Below, piece by piece: positions 26,119-34,211 of a stretch of 39,077 nucleotides of DNA. The notes beneath the pieces are model-generated. The model saw only the letters and a program-made list of their open reading frames with translations. It was not told the DNA's origin and ran no database searches. Every line of letters begins with the position of its first letter. Position 1 is the first letter of the stretch. This DNA is from Bacteroidota bacterium (GTDB lineage: Bacteria; Bacteroidota; Bacteroidia; Bacteroidales; FEN-979): assembly GCA_026391755.1 (NCBI GenBank), contig JAPLDN010000344.1, forward strand, positions 1-39,077, read 5' to 3'. A program made the translations under genes and the position numbers.

Positions 26119-27408
26119 ATGGTAATTGAAATCATAATATTATTCTTTCTTTTCCTGGTTAACGGCCTTTTTGTGATGACCGAGATAGCATTGGTTTCAT
26201 CGCGCAAGACAAGGCTTGAGCTTGATGCACAGTCGGGCGACAAAGGAGCGCTTATAGCGCTGGAGCATGTAAGCAAGCCTGCCCGGATCCTTTCCACTTT
26301 CCAGATTGCCATCACACTTATAGGCATCCTGACCGGTGTTTTCAGCGGGGCTGAGATATCCAGGGGATTTGCTGCATTGCTTGTTTCTGCAGGCGTTTCC
26401 CAATCCTTTGCCGGAACCCTGGCCCTGACGATCGTGGTGATCGTGGTGACCCTGGTATCCATGCTGATAGGCGAACTTGTCCCAAAACGGATTGGGCTAA
26501 TAAATCCGGAGGGGATATCCAAAGTGATGATACGGCCGATAGTCGCTATTTCCTACATCCTGAAGCCGGTTACCTGGCTACTCACGAAGCTGAGCGACCT
26601 CATCATCGGTTTTCTCGGGATAAAGACATCCGCAGACTCAAAAGTAACTGAAGAGGAGATCAAGGCGATGGTCCAGGAAGGAACAGATGACGGTGAAGTG
26701 CAGGAGATAGAGCAGGATATCGTGGAGAGGGTCTTTCACCTGGGCGACCAGAAGATAGGTTCACTAATGACCCATTATTCGGATATTACCTGGCTGGATG
26801 TTAACGAAAGCCTTGAAGTGAACTGGAAAAAGATGAGGGAAGAGGTACATTCGGTATACCCGGTTTGCCATGACGACCTGGATAATGTTCTGGGTGTAGT
26901 CTATATCAAGGACCTGTTTTTACATTCCCGGCCGGATGCAGAGCTGAACCTGAAGGATTACATCAAACCCGCCCAGCTTGTGCTGGAAACCCTTACTGCA
27001 TATGAGTCGCTGGAATTATTCAAGGAACATAAGATCCATTATGGCCTTGTCGTTGATGAATACGGTTCTATTGTGGGGATGGTGACTCTGAATGATATTC
27101 TTGAGGCCATCGTAGGGGATTTTAACGAGCCTGACCCAGATGAGCCCCAGATCAACCAGAGGGACGACGGGAGCTGGCTTGCCGACGGGCAGATGTCGTT
27201 CTATGAATTTGCTTACGAGTTCAACCTCCAGGGCTTCGATAAAACCAGGGTAAAATTCAACACCCTTGCAGGACTTGCCATAAGCATCCTCAGGCATATC
27301 CCGAAGCCCGGAGAAAAATTCTGCTTCATGGGATTTGAGTTTGAGATTGTCGATCTCGACGGTAACCGCATCGACAAGCTGATCATAAAAAAAGTGGCAG
27401 AATGTTGA
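26119..27408 (+). CDS. HlyC/CorC (CNNM) family protein: DUF21 + CBS pair + CorC domain
   Basis: NGLFVMTEIALVSSRK, GELVPKRIG, VTEEEIK, VVDEYGSIVGMVTLNDILEAIVG, DGSWLADG, VDLDGNRIDK. Confidence 0.93.
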   Translation: MVIEIIILFFLFLVNGLFVMTEIALVSSRKTRLELDAQSGDKGALIALEHVSKPARILSTFQIAITLIGILTGVFSGAEISRGFAALLVSAGVSQSFAGTLALTIVVIVVTLVSMLIGELVPKRIGLINPEGISKVMIRPIVAISYILKPVTWLLTKLSDLIIGFLGIKTSADSKVTEEEIKAMVQEGTDDGEVQEIEQDIVERVFHLGDQKIGSLMTHYSDITWLDVNESLEVNWKKMREEVHSVYPVCHDDLDNVLGVVYIKDLFLHSRPDAELNLKDYIKPAQLVLETLTAYESLELFKEHKIHYGLVVDEYGSIVGMVTLNDILEAIVGDFNEPDPDEPQINQRDDGSWLADGQMSFYEFAYEFNLQGFDKTRVKFNTLAGLAISILRHIPKPGEKFCFMGFEFEIVDLDGNRIDKLIIKKVAEC

Positions 27409-27420
27409 TCCCTGCCACCT
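27387..27420 (-). terminator. Probable intrinsic terminator of the C25 gene, overlapping the 3' end of the CorC gene
   Basis: gtggcag(27394-400)/ctgccac(27412-18) stem followed by T7 on the minus strand. Confidence 0.55.
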
Positions 27421-27441
27421 TCATTTCAATTATATGGATTT

Positions 27442-30400
27442 TTATTTCTCGATGACCAGCTTCCGGATAAAGGAACCTGCCTCGCTTTGTATCCTGATAT
27501 AGTAGATTCCGTCAGGGTTCCCAGTCAAGTCAATGAGCTTGCTGAATTTTCCGCTGACCAGCAGGTCTTTCTCTGAAAACACCGTTGATCCCAATGAATT
27601 GAACACATTGATTTCGACCGGAACAGCCGAATGAGAGTTGAATTCTATAGTGAATTTACCGCTGGCCGGGTTAGGGTATACCTCGAAGCCAGGTCCGTTT
27701 ATCTCACCGATACCGGCTGAGGCATAAAGGACAACCGTCTTTTCCATAGAAGCAGGTGCGTCGCCGCAGTCATTCCTGGCCTTCACGCTGATCTTCACGT
27801 TGCCCTTGTATTTGTTAGCCCATGTTGCAGTCCCTGTAAGAGCTCCGGTGATAGTGCCGGCGTCAGAAGGATCAATAATCCAGTCATACCCTGTGGCATT
27901 TGCAGCAGCCAGTGTTGTGAATTCAGTGGAAGAAACCCTGTTGGTATTCACGCTGTCGGGACCGCTTGGTTTTACAGCCGAAGCAGGAACTGCCACAATA
28001 ACAACTTCCGTGTTTTTAGTATCAGAACAACCATTTGTTGACTGGATGTTCAGTGTTACCGGATAAGTACCCGCTGCCAGGTAAGTATGGACAGGGTTCT
28101 GAAGATTTGAAGTATTGCTGCTTCCTGATGAAGGATCTCCAAAATTCCATGACCATGAGGTTATTATTGTGCCAGGATAAGTTGAGAGGTCGGTGAATGA
28201 AGTTGCTGAACCTTCGCAGCTGGCATCGTTTGCAAAGGCGGCAACAGGTTTCACATCCACATGTATGTATGCCGGTTTGATTTTAGTACTGGGGTTCATG
28301 CCCGCTTTTGAAACAGTGAGGGACACATCGTAGTCGCCAGGAGCAGAATAAATTATCGAGGAAGGATTTTTAAGGTTTGATGTACCTGGCGTTGCGCCCT
28401 GGAAAGTCCACTCCCAGCCACTCGGTGAGCCGGTTGAGAAGTCGGTAAAATCAACCGGTGAACCTGTACAGACAGAGGTATTGTTTGTAATGAAATCAGC
28501 GGCCAGGATTTGTTGAGCTACTGTGATAAATGAGGTATGGCGTTTAAAATCCTGTTTTGTTGCAACCACCATGATCTTTGTCCCGACCGGAAGGGCGGGG
28601 ATTGTTAAAGTGACAGGTCCTGATGCGCTTCCGAGTGCCGTTGTGATGATCTCATTGTTCATTGTGAGGGCGATGAAAGAGCTGTCGTTTGCAATGATTT
28701 CAACCGTTGTTGCCCCGACGTCAACCGTAGCAGGATGGTTTACCGTGAGTTCCATAGGAACCTCATCGGCGAGCTGCAAAAAAGCATCTCCGTGCATATG
28801 GAACAAGCGGAAGGTGATTTGCTTGTCGTCCGAATTGTATGGCCAGCCCGATTGTTGAAGGAAGTACTTGCCACCTGCATTTCCAAAAGCAGGAAGCATA
28901 CCCCGGGAAACAGGAGGAGTCCCATAATCGGGCATGAACTGGGGCCACAGATTGTCAAAGACTCCCCAGAGATAGGTGTCATTCACAAACGATAAGGAAG
29001 TCTCGGTTGGGCAGATCAGTCCAAGGGCGCCGGCATCATGACCGTTCTTTGTAAGGCCTTGGAATACTTCTGAAAAGCATTGGGAAGGGCAGCCCTGAGG
29101 ATTATGGAATGCACCTGTCTCGCAATTGATCGAGAATACAAAAGGAAGAAGTGTATTTGTCAGCTCGTTGATACTAGAGTCACTGTAGGAAGGTTCACCC
29201 CAACGGGTATAGTTCCCATGATCCCGGTGAAGAAGGACGAATGCACCTTCGTTTATCGCGTTATTGATCTTTGTGGCTGTTCCGTCAGTAAAGCCTCCAA
29301 GGTCCCCGGGGTTATCCGGGATATAATTCAATCCCGATGGACCGAAATAGGATATGACTGTGCTTGTATTCGGAGCGGTTGACCATGGGCCGGTATTATA
29401 ATTATTTGCAGGAGTATACAGGGCATTGATCCTTTGAACATGTTTCCCGAGCTTATTCTTCCAGAACCCTCCAACAAGTTCTGAACAGAGCTGAAACCAG
29501 CGGTCATCCTCCCATCCGAGGGCTGATATTGGGTGCATATAATAGCCGGTATCGGAAGGACGGTTTCTCTCAAAGTTCATGATACGGCCAACCATAATTC
29601 GTAATTCCGCTGAGTCATTAGCGCATATCCTCGAAAAAACAACATCGGGTAAATCATCACCGGTAACATCGGCATAGTAGTTATCCGAAGCATAATCGGG
29701 GTATCCATAGGGATGAAAATAAAGATGGGAGATGATATTTTTACTGGCATCGGTACCATAGTCACCAAGCAGAAGACATGCGACAGGTTTGATGGTCCAG
29801 TTTGCATACGCATCGGAAATAAATGCTTTTATTGCCGTTTCGGTATTACCGCCAACCTGGGTGAGTGAGAAAACCTTTGTAAGAATACCTTGCTGGTTAC
29901 GCCAGTTTTTAAGGGTGTCGGCCCAGCGGAGGAAATCAGGCCCGTCGGGGCTGATGATTATATATTCACATTCATTGCTGGCAGCAGATTTAGAAGTTCT
30001 TATCTGCTGCATTTTTTCGGGATAATTCACCGAAGGGAGAGAAGAAAAATTCAGGATATTATCGGCCATGATAGGATCCCAGTAAGGACTGCGGAATGCA
30101 TCATTCCCGTAAGCATGGCTTCCTCCCTCGAAAGTGAGGTTTATCCTGATGTTCTTGTACACCTTCAATTCCTTTGTTACCGGGTTATACTGGAAAGGTG
30201 TAATACCCAGAATGATCACATCGGTACCGCGGATCTGTTCCACCCTGGATATCTGTACCGGGTTTGCAGGATAGAACGCATTGGTAGCATAGGTTACCTG
30301 GTCTTTCCTGTAAACGATGTCTTTCTGAGTATCCAAAGGTGTTTGAGGGGCCCATGCAAGGTCAATTCCCTGAAAGGTTTCCACTTCAAAGTCAAGGATG

Positions 30401-30705
30401 TTTAAATGGGGAGTTGAGCCCTGGGGAATTGCAATATAACGGCCTGTACCCGGAAGGTCGGGTTTGCCTGCATCGTTGGAAAGAAACACCCCCGGAAGGT
30501 TGACTTTTTTTACAGGTTGCCCTTCGATTATAACAGGCTCAATGGAAAAATTATGGATGGAATATACAACCTGCACCATATCTGCTTTTGTCATGGTGAG
30601 GTTAAAACCCTGCCTGCTCCAGCTGTTGCTGAAACTAAAATTCTCTGCGTTCAGCGAAAGCGTAATACTTAAGAAGGTGGTAAGCAGGAATAAAGATCTT
30701 GTCAT
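27442..30705 (-). CDS. C25 (gingipain-like) cysteine protease with propeptide, two PKD domains and T9SS C-terminal domain
   Basis: GKPDLP propeptide, LLLGD, SDNYY, RDHG (catalytic His), SINCETG (Cys), HMHGD, PKD motifs WEWTFQG and WSWNFGD, VYPNPA...GIYYI...KLVI. Confidence 0.9.
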   Translation of the reverse strand: MTRSLFLLTTFLSITLSLNAENFSFSNSWSRQGFNLTMTKADMVQVVYSIHNFSIEPVIIEGQPVKKVNLPGVFLSNDAGKPDLPGTGRYIAIPQGSTPHLNILDFEVETFQGIDLAWAPQTPLDTQKDIVYRKDQVTYATNAFYPANPVQISRVEQIRGTDVIILGITPFQYNPVTKELKVYKNIRINLTFEGGSHAYGNDAFRSPYWDPIMADNILNFSSLPSVNYPEKMQQIRTSKSAASNECEYIIISPDGPDFLRWADTLKNWRNQQGILTKVFSLTQVGGNTETAIKAFISDAYANWTIKPVACLLLGDYGTDASKNIISHLYFHPYGYPDYASDNYYADVTGDDLPDVVFSRICANDSAELRIMVGRIMNFERNRPSDTGYYMHPISALGWEDDRWFQLCSELVGGFWKNKLGKHVQRINALYTPANNYNTGPWSTAPNTSTVISYFGPSGLNYIPDNPGDLGGFTDGTATKINNAINEGAFVLLHRDHGNYTRWGEPSYSDSSINELTNTLLPFVFSINCETGAFHNPQGCPSQCFSEVFQGLTKNGHDAGALGLICPTETSLSFVNDTYLWGVFDNLWPQFMPDYGTPPVSRGMLPAFGNAGGKYFLQQSGWPYNSDDKQITFRLFHMHGDAFLQLADEVPMELTVNHPATVDVGATTVEIIANDSSFIALTMNNEIITTALGSASGPVTLTIPALPVGTKIMVVATKQDFKRHTSFITVAQQILAADFITNNTSVCTGSPVDFTDFSTGSPSGWEWTFQGATPGTSNLKNPSSIIYSAPGDYDVSLTVSKAGMNPSTKIKPAYIHVDVKPVAAFANDASCEGSATSFTDLSTYPGTIITSWSWNFGDPSSGSSNTSNLQNPVHTYLAAGTYPVTLNIQSTNGCSDTKNTEVVIVAVPASAVKPSGPDSVNTNRVSSTEFTTLAAANATGYDWIIDPSDAGTITGALTGTATWANKYKGNVKISVKARNDCGDAPASMEKTVVLYASAGIGEINGPGFEVYPNPASGKFTIEFNSHSAVPVEINVFNSLGSTVFSEKDLLVSGKFSKLIDLTGNPDGIYYIRIQSEAGSFIRKLVIEK

Positions 30706-30771
30706 ACAGAGGAATGCATGATAAGTTAATATACGATATCGTGAAACACTCTTATAAATGGCGATCCGGGA

Positions 30772-32889
30772 TTATCTGACAATGAGTTTTGTTCTTGCTT
30801 TCAGGTTTGCACCCTCTATTTCGATAGTATAAACCCCCGTAGGGATCTGGGGCAGGTTCAAAGTAAGGGGCTCCGGTTCCGAAAGGCTCATTTTCTCCCA
30901 TGTTTTAACGATCTGCCCATAAGTATTGATCAAACGGATACTGACGCTGGAACCTAAAGCAGTTCCGGCTTTCAGGGTTACCTTTCCTGAACATGGATTC
31001 GGGTAAGCAGTTAAATTTACAATGTTCTGTTTATCCTGAATTCCAACAGTAATATTCTCGGTAAAGACCCAGAGTGAGGGGTCGCCAAGTAAATTGCAGT
31101 CATAATGACACCAGCGCTGGGCTCCCGGCTCAAACTCACCGGGAAGAGTCACCCATGGGGCCGTTTTAATTTTCGACATAAGATGGGCTGTGCCAATTTC
31201 ATGGATCTGGTCTGAAACGGTATCGTTATAAATTGCACTTACAAATTCCCTGTTCAGGTGGGCCGATGGCCCTTCTGTAGTACCCTGGTCAAACCATCCG
31301 TACCTGGAATTAAAAATGCCACCTGCCAGAAAATTCTCAATCAGCACCATTTTCTCGGCAATACAGTCGTTGGCATCGAAAGCGCCACAGTCGCATCCAT
31401 GGGTATACATCAGGGTGTAATTATGGGTGACGCCGTTCAGAGCATAGAAATTTGCATTGGTGACATCACCCAGATTAAGCCTCATAACATAAACCTGGTT
31501 GGCGTGACCTGCATGGTAAATGAACGATGGCCCATTGTTTATCCTGCTGAAAAGATCGCTAATGGTCCAGGTATAACCAACAGGACCACCGGGGCTGATA
31601 AGGGTATCGAATAACCTGTCGATATTGTTGTAGGCTGATGGAATGCCATGGGTAAAATAGCCGTTGTCGTCATGGTTATCAACCAGGAGTTCCAGGTAAT
31701 CCTGCCCCATAGTCCAGCGTGGGGTGGACGAATCCATAAATTCAGCTGCCAGAAGAGGTCGGGCCTGCTCGTTGGGTTTCTGGTGGGTGCGGTACCATAT
31801 CGTTTTATGAATGATGTTAGCTTGCTCCTGGGCTGTCCCAAAAGGGAGTCTTCCAACAGAAACATCGGGCAGCAGGTCAGCAGAATCTGCAACTTCGCCA
31901 TAAATTCCATTGGCATTCGCATCGTAATTTCCGTCCATTCCCGAATAATACAGGTCGGCAGGAATATCAAAGCTGGTATAGCCTGATCCTGAAATCACAT
32001 GACAATAGAAACCACGATTCGGAACAATGTCAACATCACCACCAAGAAGAGCATATTCGATGCCTTTCTGCTGGTATTCCCGTTTGATAAGGTTACGGAT
32101 CTTATCCTGGTTATCAATTCCGCTGATTGTTGAGTAGATGTTTTCGACAGTATAGATTTGCGCACTGATCCCCAGTGAGTCGTACATATGTACGAGAGGT
32201 GCGAACCCGGATGTAAAATTGTCTCCAGTAATTATGAGTATCTGGTACCCGTTGGAAGCGCTTTTTTTCGCAGGATAATGCTCAATCAATTCAGTATTCT
32301 GGGAGAATTGCCTGATCCTGTTCCTGACTTTTTCCGATGGGGAAAGATTTTTCAGGGCTTCTGCGGATGAGGACGATGTTTCGGTGGATATGGTTATTGT
32401 GACATCTGAATAATATCCGGCTTTCTGAAGATAAGGATAATATATCAAAGGAGTAAAAGTGCAGAGCGCAAAGGCATAACCGTTAAGATATGAAGTAGTA
32501 AGATTTCCTGTTGCCGTAAGAGGGTAAGCGTTGGAAGAGCTATATGCAGCTTCGTTTTTAAGAAATTTCCCATTATCTCCTTTTGATATCGGGCTGATAT
32601 CCTGTTGGGGCTGGATAATATAGTTCCCGGGCAATTCAACAAAACCCGAGACCTGCATAAGGATTTTTACAGCTGATTCTCCGGGAGGGAGCATTAGCGA
32701 GATTGCCTGCCAGGGCAGCATAGGTTCACCCGGCTTACCCGACAACAAGGTATGGTCAAATGAAATCGTCTGGAAGTTTCCGTTGCTTTTTATATCAGGC
32801 TTCCCGAAATGGTAGGTTTTGATTACAGTGCCGGCATATAATGAAAGGCTCAGGAAGCAGGCCAGGGAAAAGATGATATGTTTTTTCAT
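30772..32889 (-). CDS. C25 (gingipain-like) cysteine protease with T9SS C-terminal domain
   Basis: Start reassigned to MKKHII (32889). GEPMLP, ALLGGDVD, PADLYY, VGRLP, HAGHAN, THGCDCG, NLLGDP, YPNPC...GVYTI...KLIV. Confidence 0.88.
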   Translation of the reverse strand: MKKHIIFSLACFLSLSLYAGTVIKTYHFGKPDIKSNGNFQTISFDHTLLSGKPGEPMLPWQAISLMLPPGESAVKILMQVSGFVELPGNYIIQPQQDISPISKGDNGKFLKNEAAYSSSNAYPLTATGNLTTSYLNGYAFALCTFTPLIYYPYLQKAGYYSDVTITISTETSSSSAEALKNLSPSEKVRNRIRQFSQNTELIEHYPAKKSASNGYQILIITGDNFTSGFAPLVHMYDSLGISAQIYTVENIYSTISGIDNQDKIRNLIKREYQQKGIEYALLGGDVDIVPNRGFYCHVISGSGYTSFDIPADLYYSGMDGNYDANANGIYGEVADSADLLPDVSVGRLPFGTAQEQANIIHKTIWYRTHQKPNEQARPLLAAEFMDSSTPRWTMGQDYLELLVDNHDDNGYFTHGIPSAYNNIDRLFDTLISPGGPVGYTWTISDLFSRINNGPSFIYHAGHANQVYVMRLNLGDVTNANFYALNGVTHNYTLMYTHGCDCGAFDANDCIAEKMVLIENFLAGGIFNSRYGWFDQGTTEGPSAHLNREFVSAIYNDTVSDQIHEIGTAHLMSKIKTAPWVTLPGEFEPGAQRWCHYDCNLLGDPSLWVFTENITVGIQDKQNIVNLTAYPNPCSGKVTLKAGTALGSSVSIRLINTYGQIVKTWEKMSLSEPEPLTLNLPQIPTGVYTIEIEGANLKARTKLIVR

Positions 32890-32923
32890 TTCAATAATAC
32901 AGTTTTGATTAGTTTTCAGACAA

Positions 32924-32931
32924 CAAAGGTA
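32924..32931 (-). promoter_or_regulatory. -7 element (TACCTTTG) upstream of the C25 pair
   Basis: Exact TAnnTTTG match 34 nt upstream of ATG 32889. Confidence 0.65.
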
Positions 32932-33029
32932 CCTAAAAAGTTGCTTAATTGAACATATAATAAAAGGAGGCCGGCATGGATTGCTCCCGGGAAATGCCAT
33001 TCAAAGGTTTCGTCAGCGTGCTAGTGTTA

Positions 33030-34127
33030 TTACAACCTTGATAGCGCAAATGCATATGCTCCAAGGGAGACAGCGGCAGAAGTCCCAAGCCTTGAAATAC
33101 CGACCCCGATTTTCTTTTGAGGGTCGTACTGGACGGTAGTTTCAGAGAATGGGACCTGTATCCTGCCCGAGCCGGAGTATAGGAATTTCTTAAACTCTTC
33201 AGGTTCCTCGAGATTATATACTTCCACTTCAAGCCTGGGCAGGGGATGGCCGCTCATGGTAGCGAAAGGAAGGTTCATTTCCTCGACCAGTTTAGGCAGG
33301 AACAGGGGATAGGCCCCCGACAATCCCCCTCCGATAACCACAAGCCCGTCAACCAGGGTGATTGCGTTTGCAATGGTATCTGCTGCATCCGTGGCAAAGG
33401 ACCTGAACGCTTTGATCGCAGCTTCCTTATTGCCTGGCTTCTGCCCCAGTCCGATTGCACAAATTTCCTTGGGTTCCGGCACCGAACCTATATTCAAACC
33501 GGTAAGGCTGGCATATTCACGCTTCAACCCCCTGATACTGACACTTTCCTCTGCATCCCAGTTTTTATATGTGCGGTTGCGGGAGCGGTTGATCTCTCCC
33601 CCCGCTGAATTGTCCCCGAAAAGCAGGCTATTACGGCTTACAATCCCGCCTCCGAAACCTGTCCCGAAAGTAACCCCTAGCAGGTTCCTGTATACCTTAG
33701 GATTGCCTGCAGCACGCAACTTCGCATTGATTTGAGGCAGCAGTCCGAACATGGCTTCACCATAAGCAAACAGGTCCCCGTCGTTGAGAATGAATACCGG
33801 AATCCCGAACTGCTCCTGCAACATTGGACCGAGGGCAACACCACCCCTGAAAAACGGCAGGTTCTGGAGATCCCCTATGATCCCATTCTCATAATCGGCC
33901 GGACCGGGGAAAGCGAAACAAATTGCTGCGGCTTTATCATGGAGATCAGCCTGGACAAGCTGGAACCCCTTGATGATGGTTTTTAGTATTTCCTCGAGGG
34001 AATTGGCCTTGGACGGAAGGGTGATGGGTTCGACAATCTCTTTAACAAACTGGACTGCCGAAAACACCAGGTTGGTTCCCCCAGCATCGAGGGTCATTAC
34101 GATTCGCTTGTCGGTTTGGTAGTTCAT
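33030..34127 (-). CDS. ROK family sugar kinase (glucokinase-like)
   Basis: TLDAGGTN, AFPGPADY, NDGDLFAYGEA, GTGFGGG, GGEI, IGGGLS. Start reassigned to MNYQTD (34127); the extra 12 codons in the ORF track come from a repeat. Confidence 0.88.
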   Translation of the reverse strand: MNYQTDKRIVMTLDAGGTNLVFSAVQFVKEIVEPITLPSKANSLEEILKTIIKGFQLVQADLHDKAAAICFAFPGPADYENGIIGDLQNLPFFRGGVALGPMLQEQFGIPVFILNDGDLFAYGEAMFGLLPQINAKLRAAGNPKVYRNLLGVTFGTGFGGGIVSRNSLLFGDNSAGGEINRSRNRTYKNWDAEESVSIRGLKREYASLTGLNIGSVPEPKEICAIGLGQKPGNKEAAIKAFRSFATDAADTIANAITLVDGLVVIGGGLSGAYPLFLPKLVEEMNLPFATMSGHPLPRLEVEVYNLEEPEEFKKFLYSGSGRIQVPFSETTVQYDPQKKIGVGISRLGTSAAVSLGAYAFALSRL

Positions 34128-34140
34128 ACGTTCTTTTTTT

Positions 34141-34211
34141 ATCTGATATCTGACATCTGCCATCCGATATCCGATATCGGATATCTGATATCGGATATCG
34201 GATGGCAGATG
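34141..34211. repeat. 10 x 7-bp array containing a perfect 25-bp inverted repeat, directly after the polA stop
   Basis: catctgccatccgatatccgatatc (34154-34178) is the exact reverse complement of gatatcggatatcggatggcagatg (34187-34211). Confidence 0.95.

Noticed and set aside
34128-34163. N-terminal extension MADVRYQIKKER on the ROK kinase
   Set aside because: The ATG comes from the repeat hairpin; the downstream ATG at 34127 follows an A-rich leader and fits the family start better.
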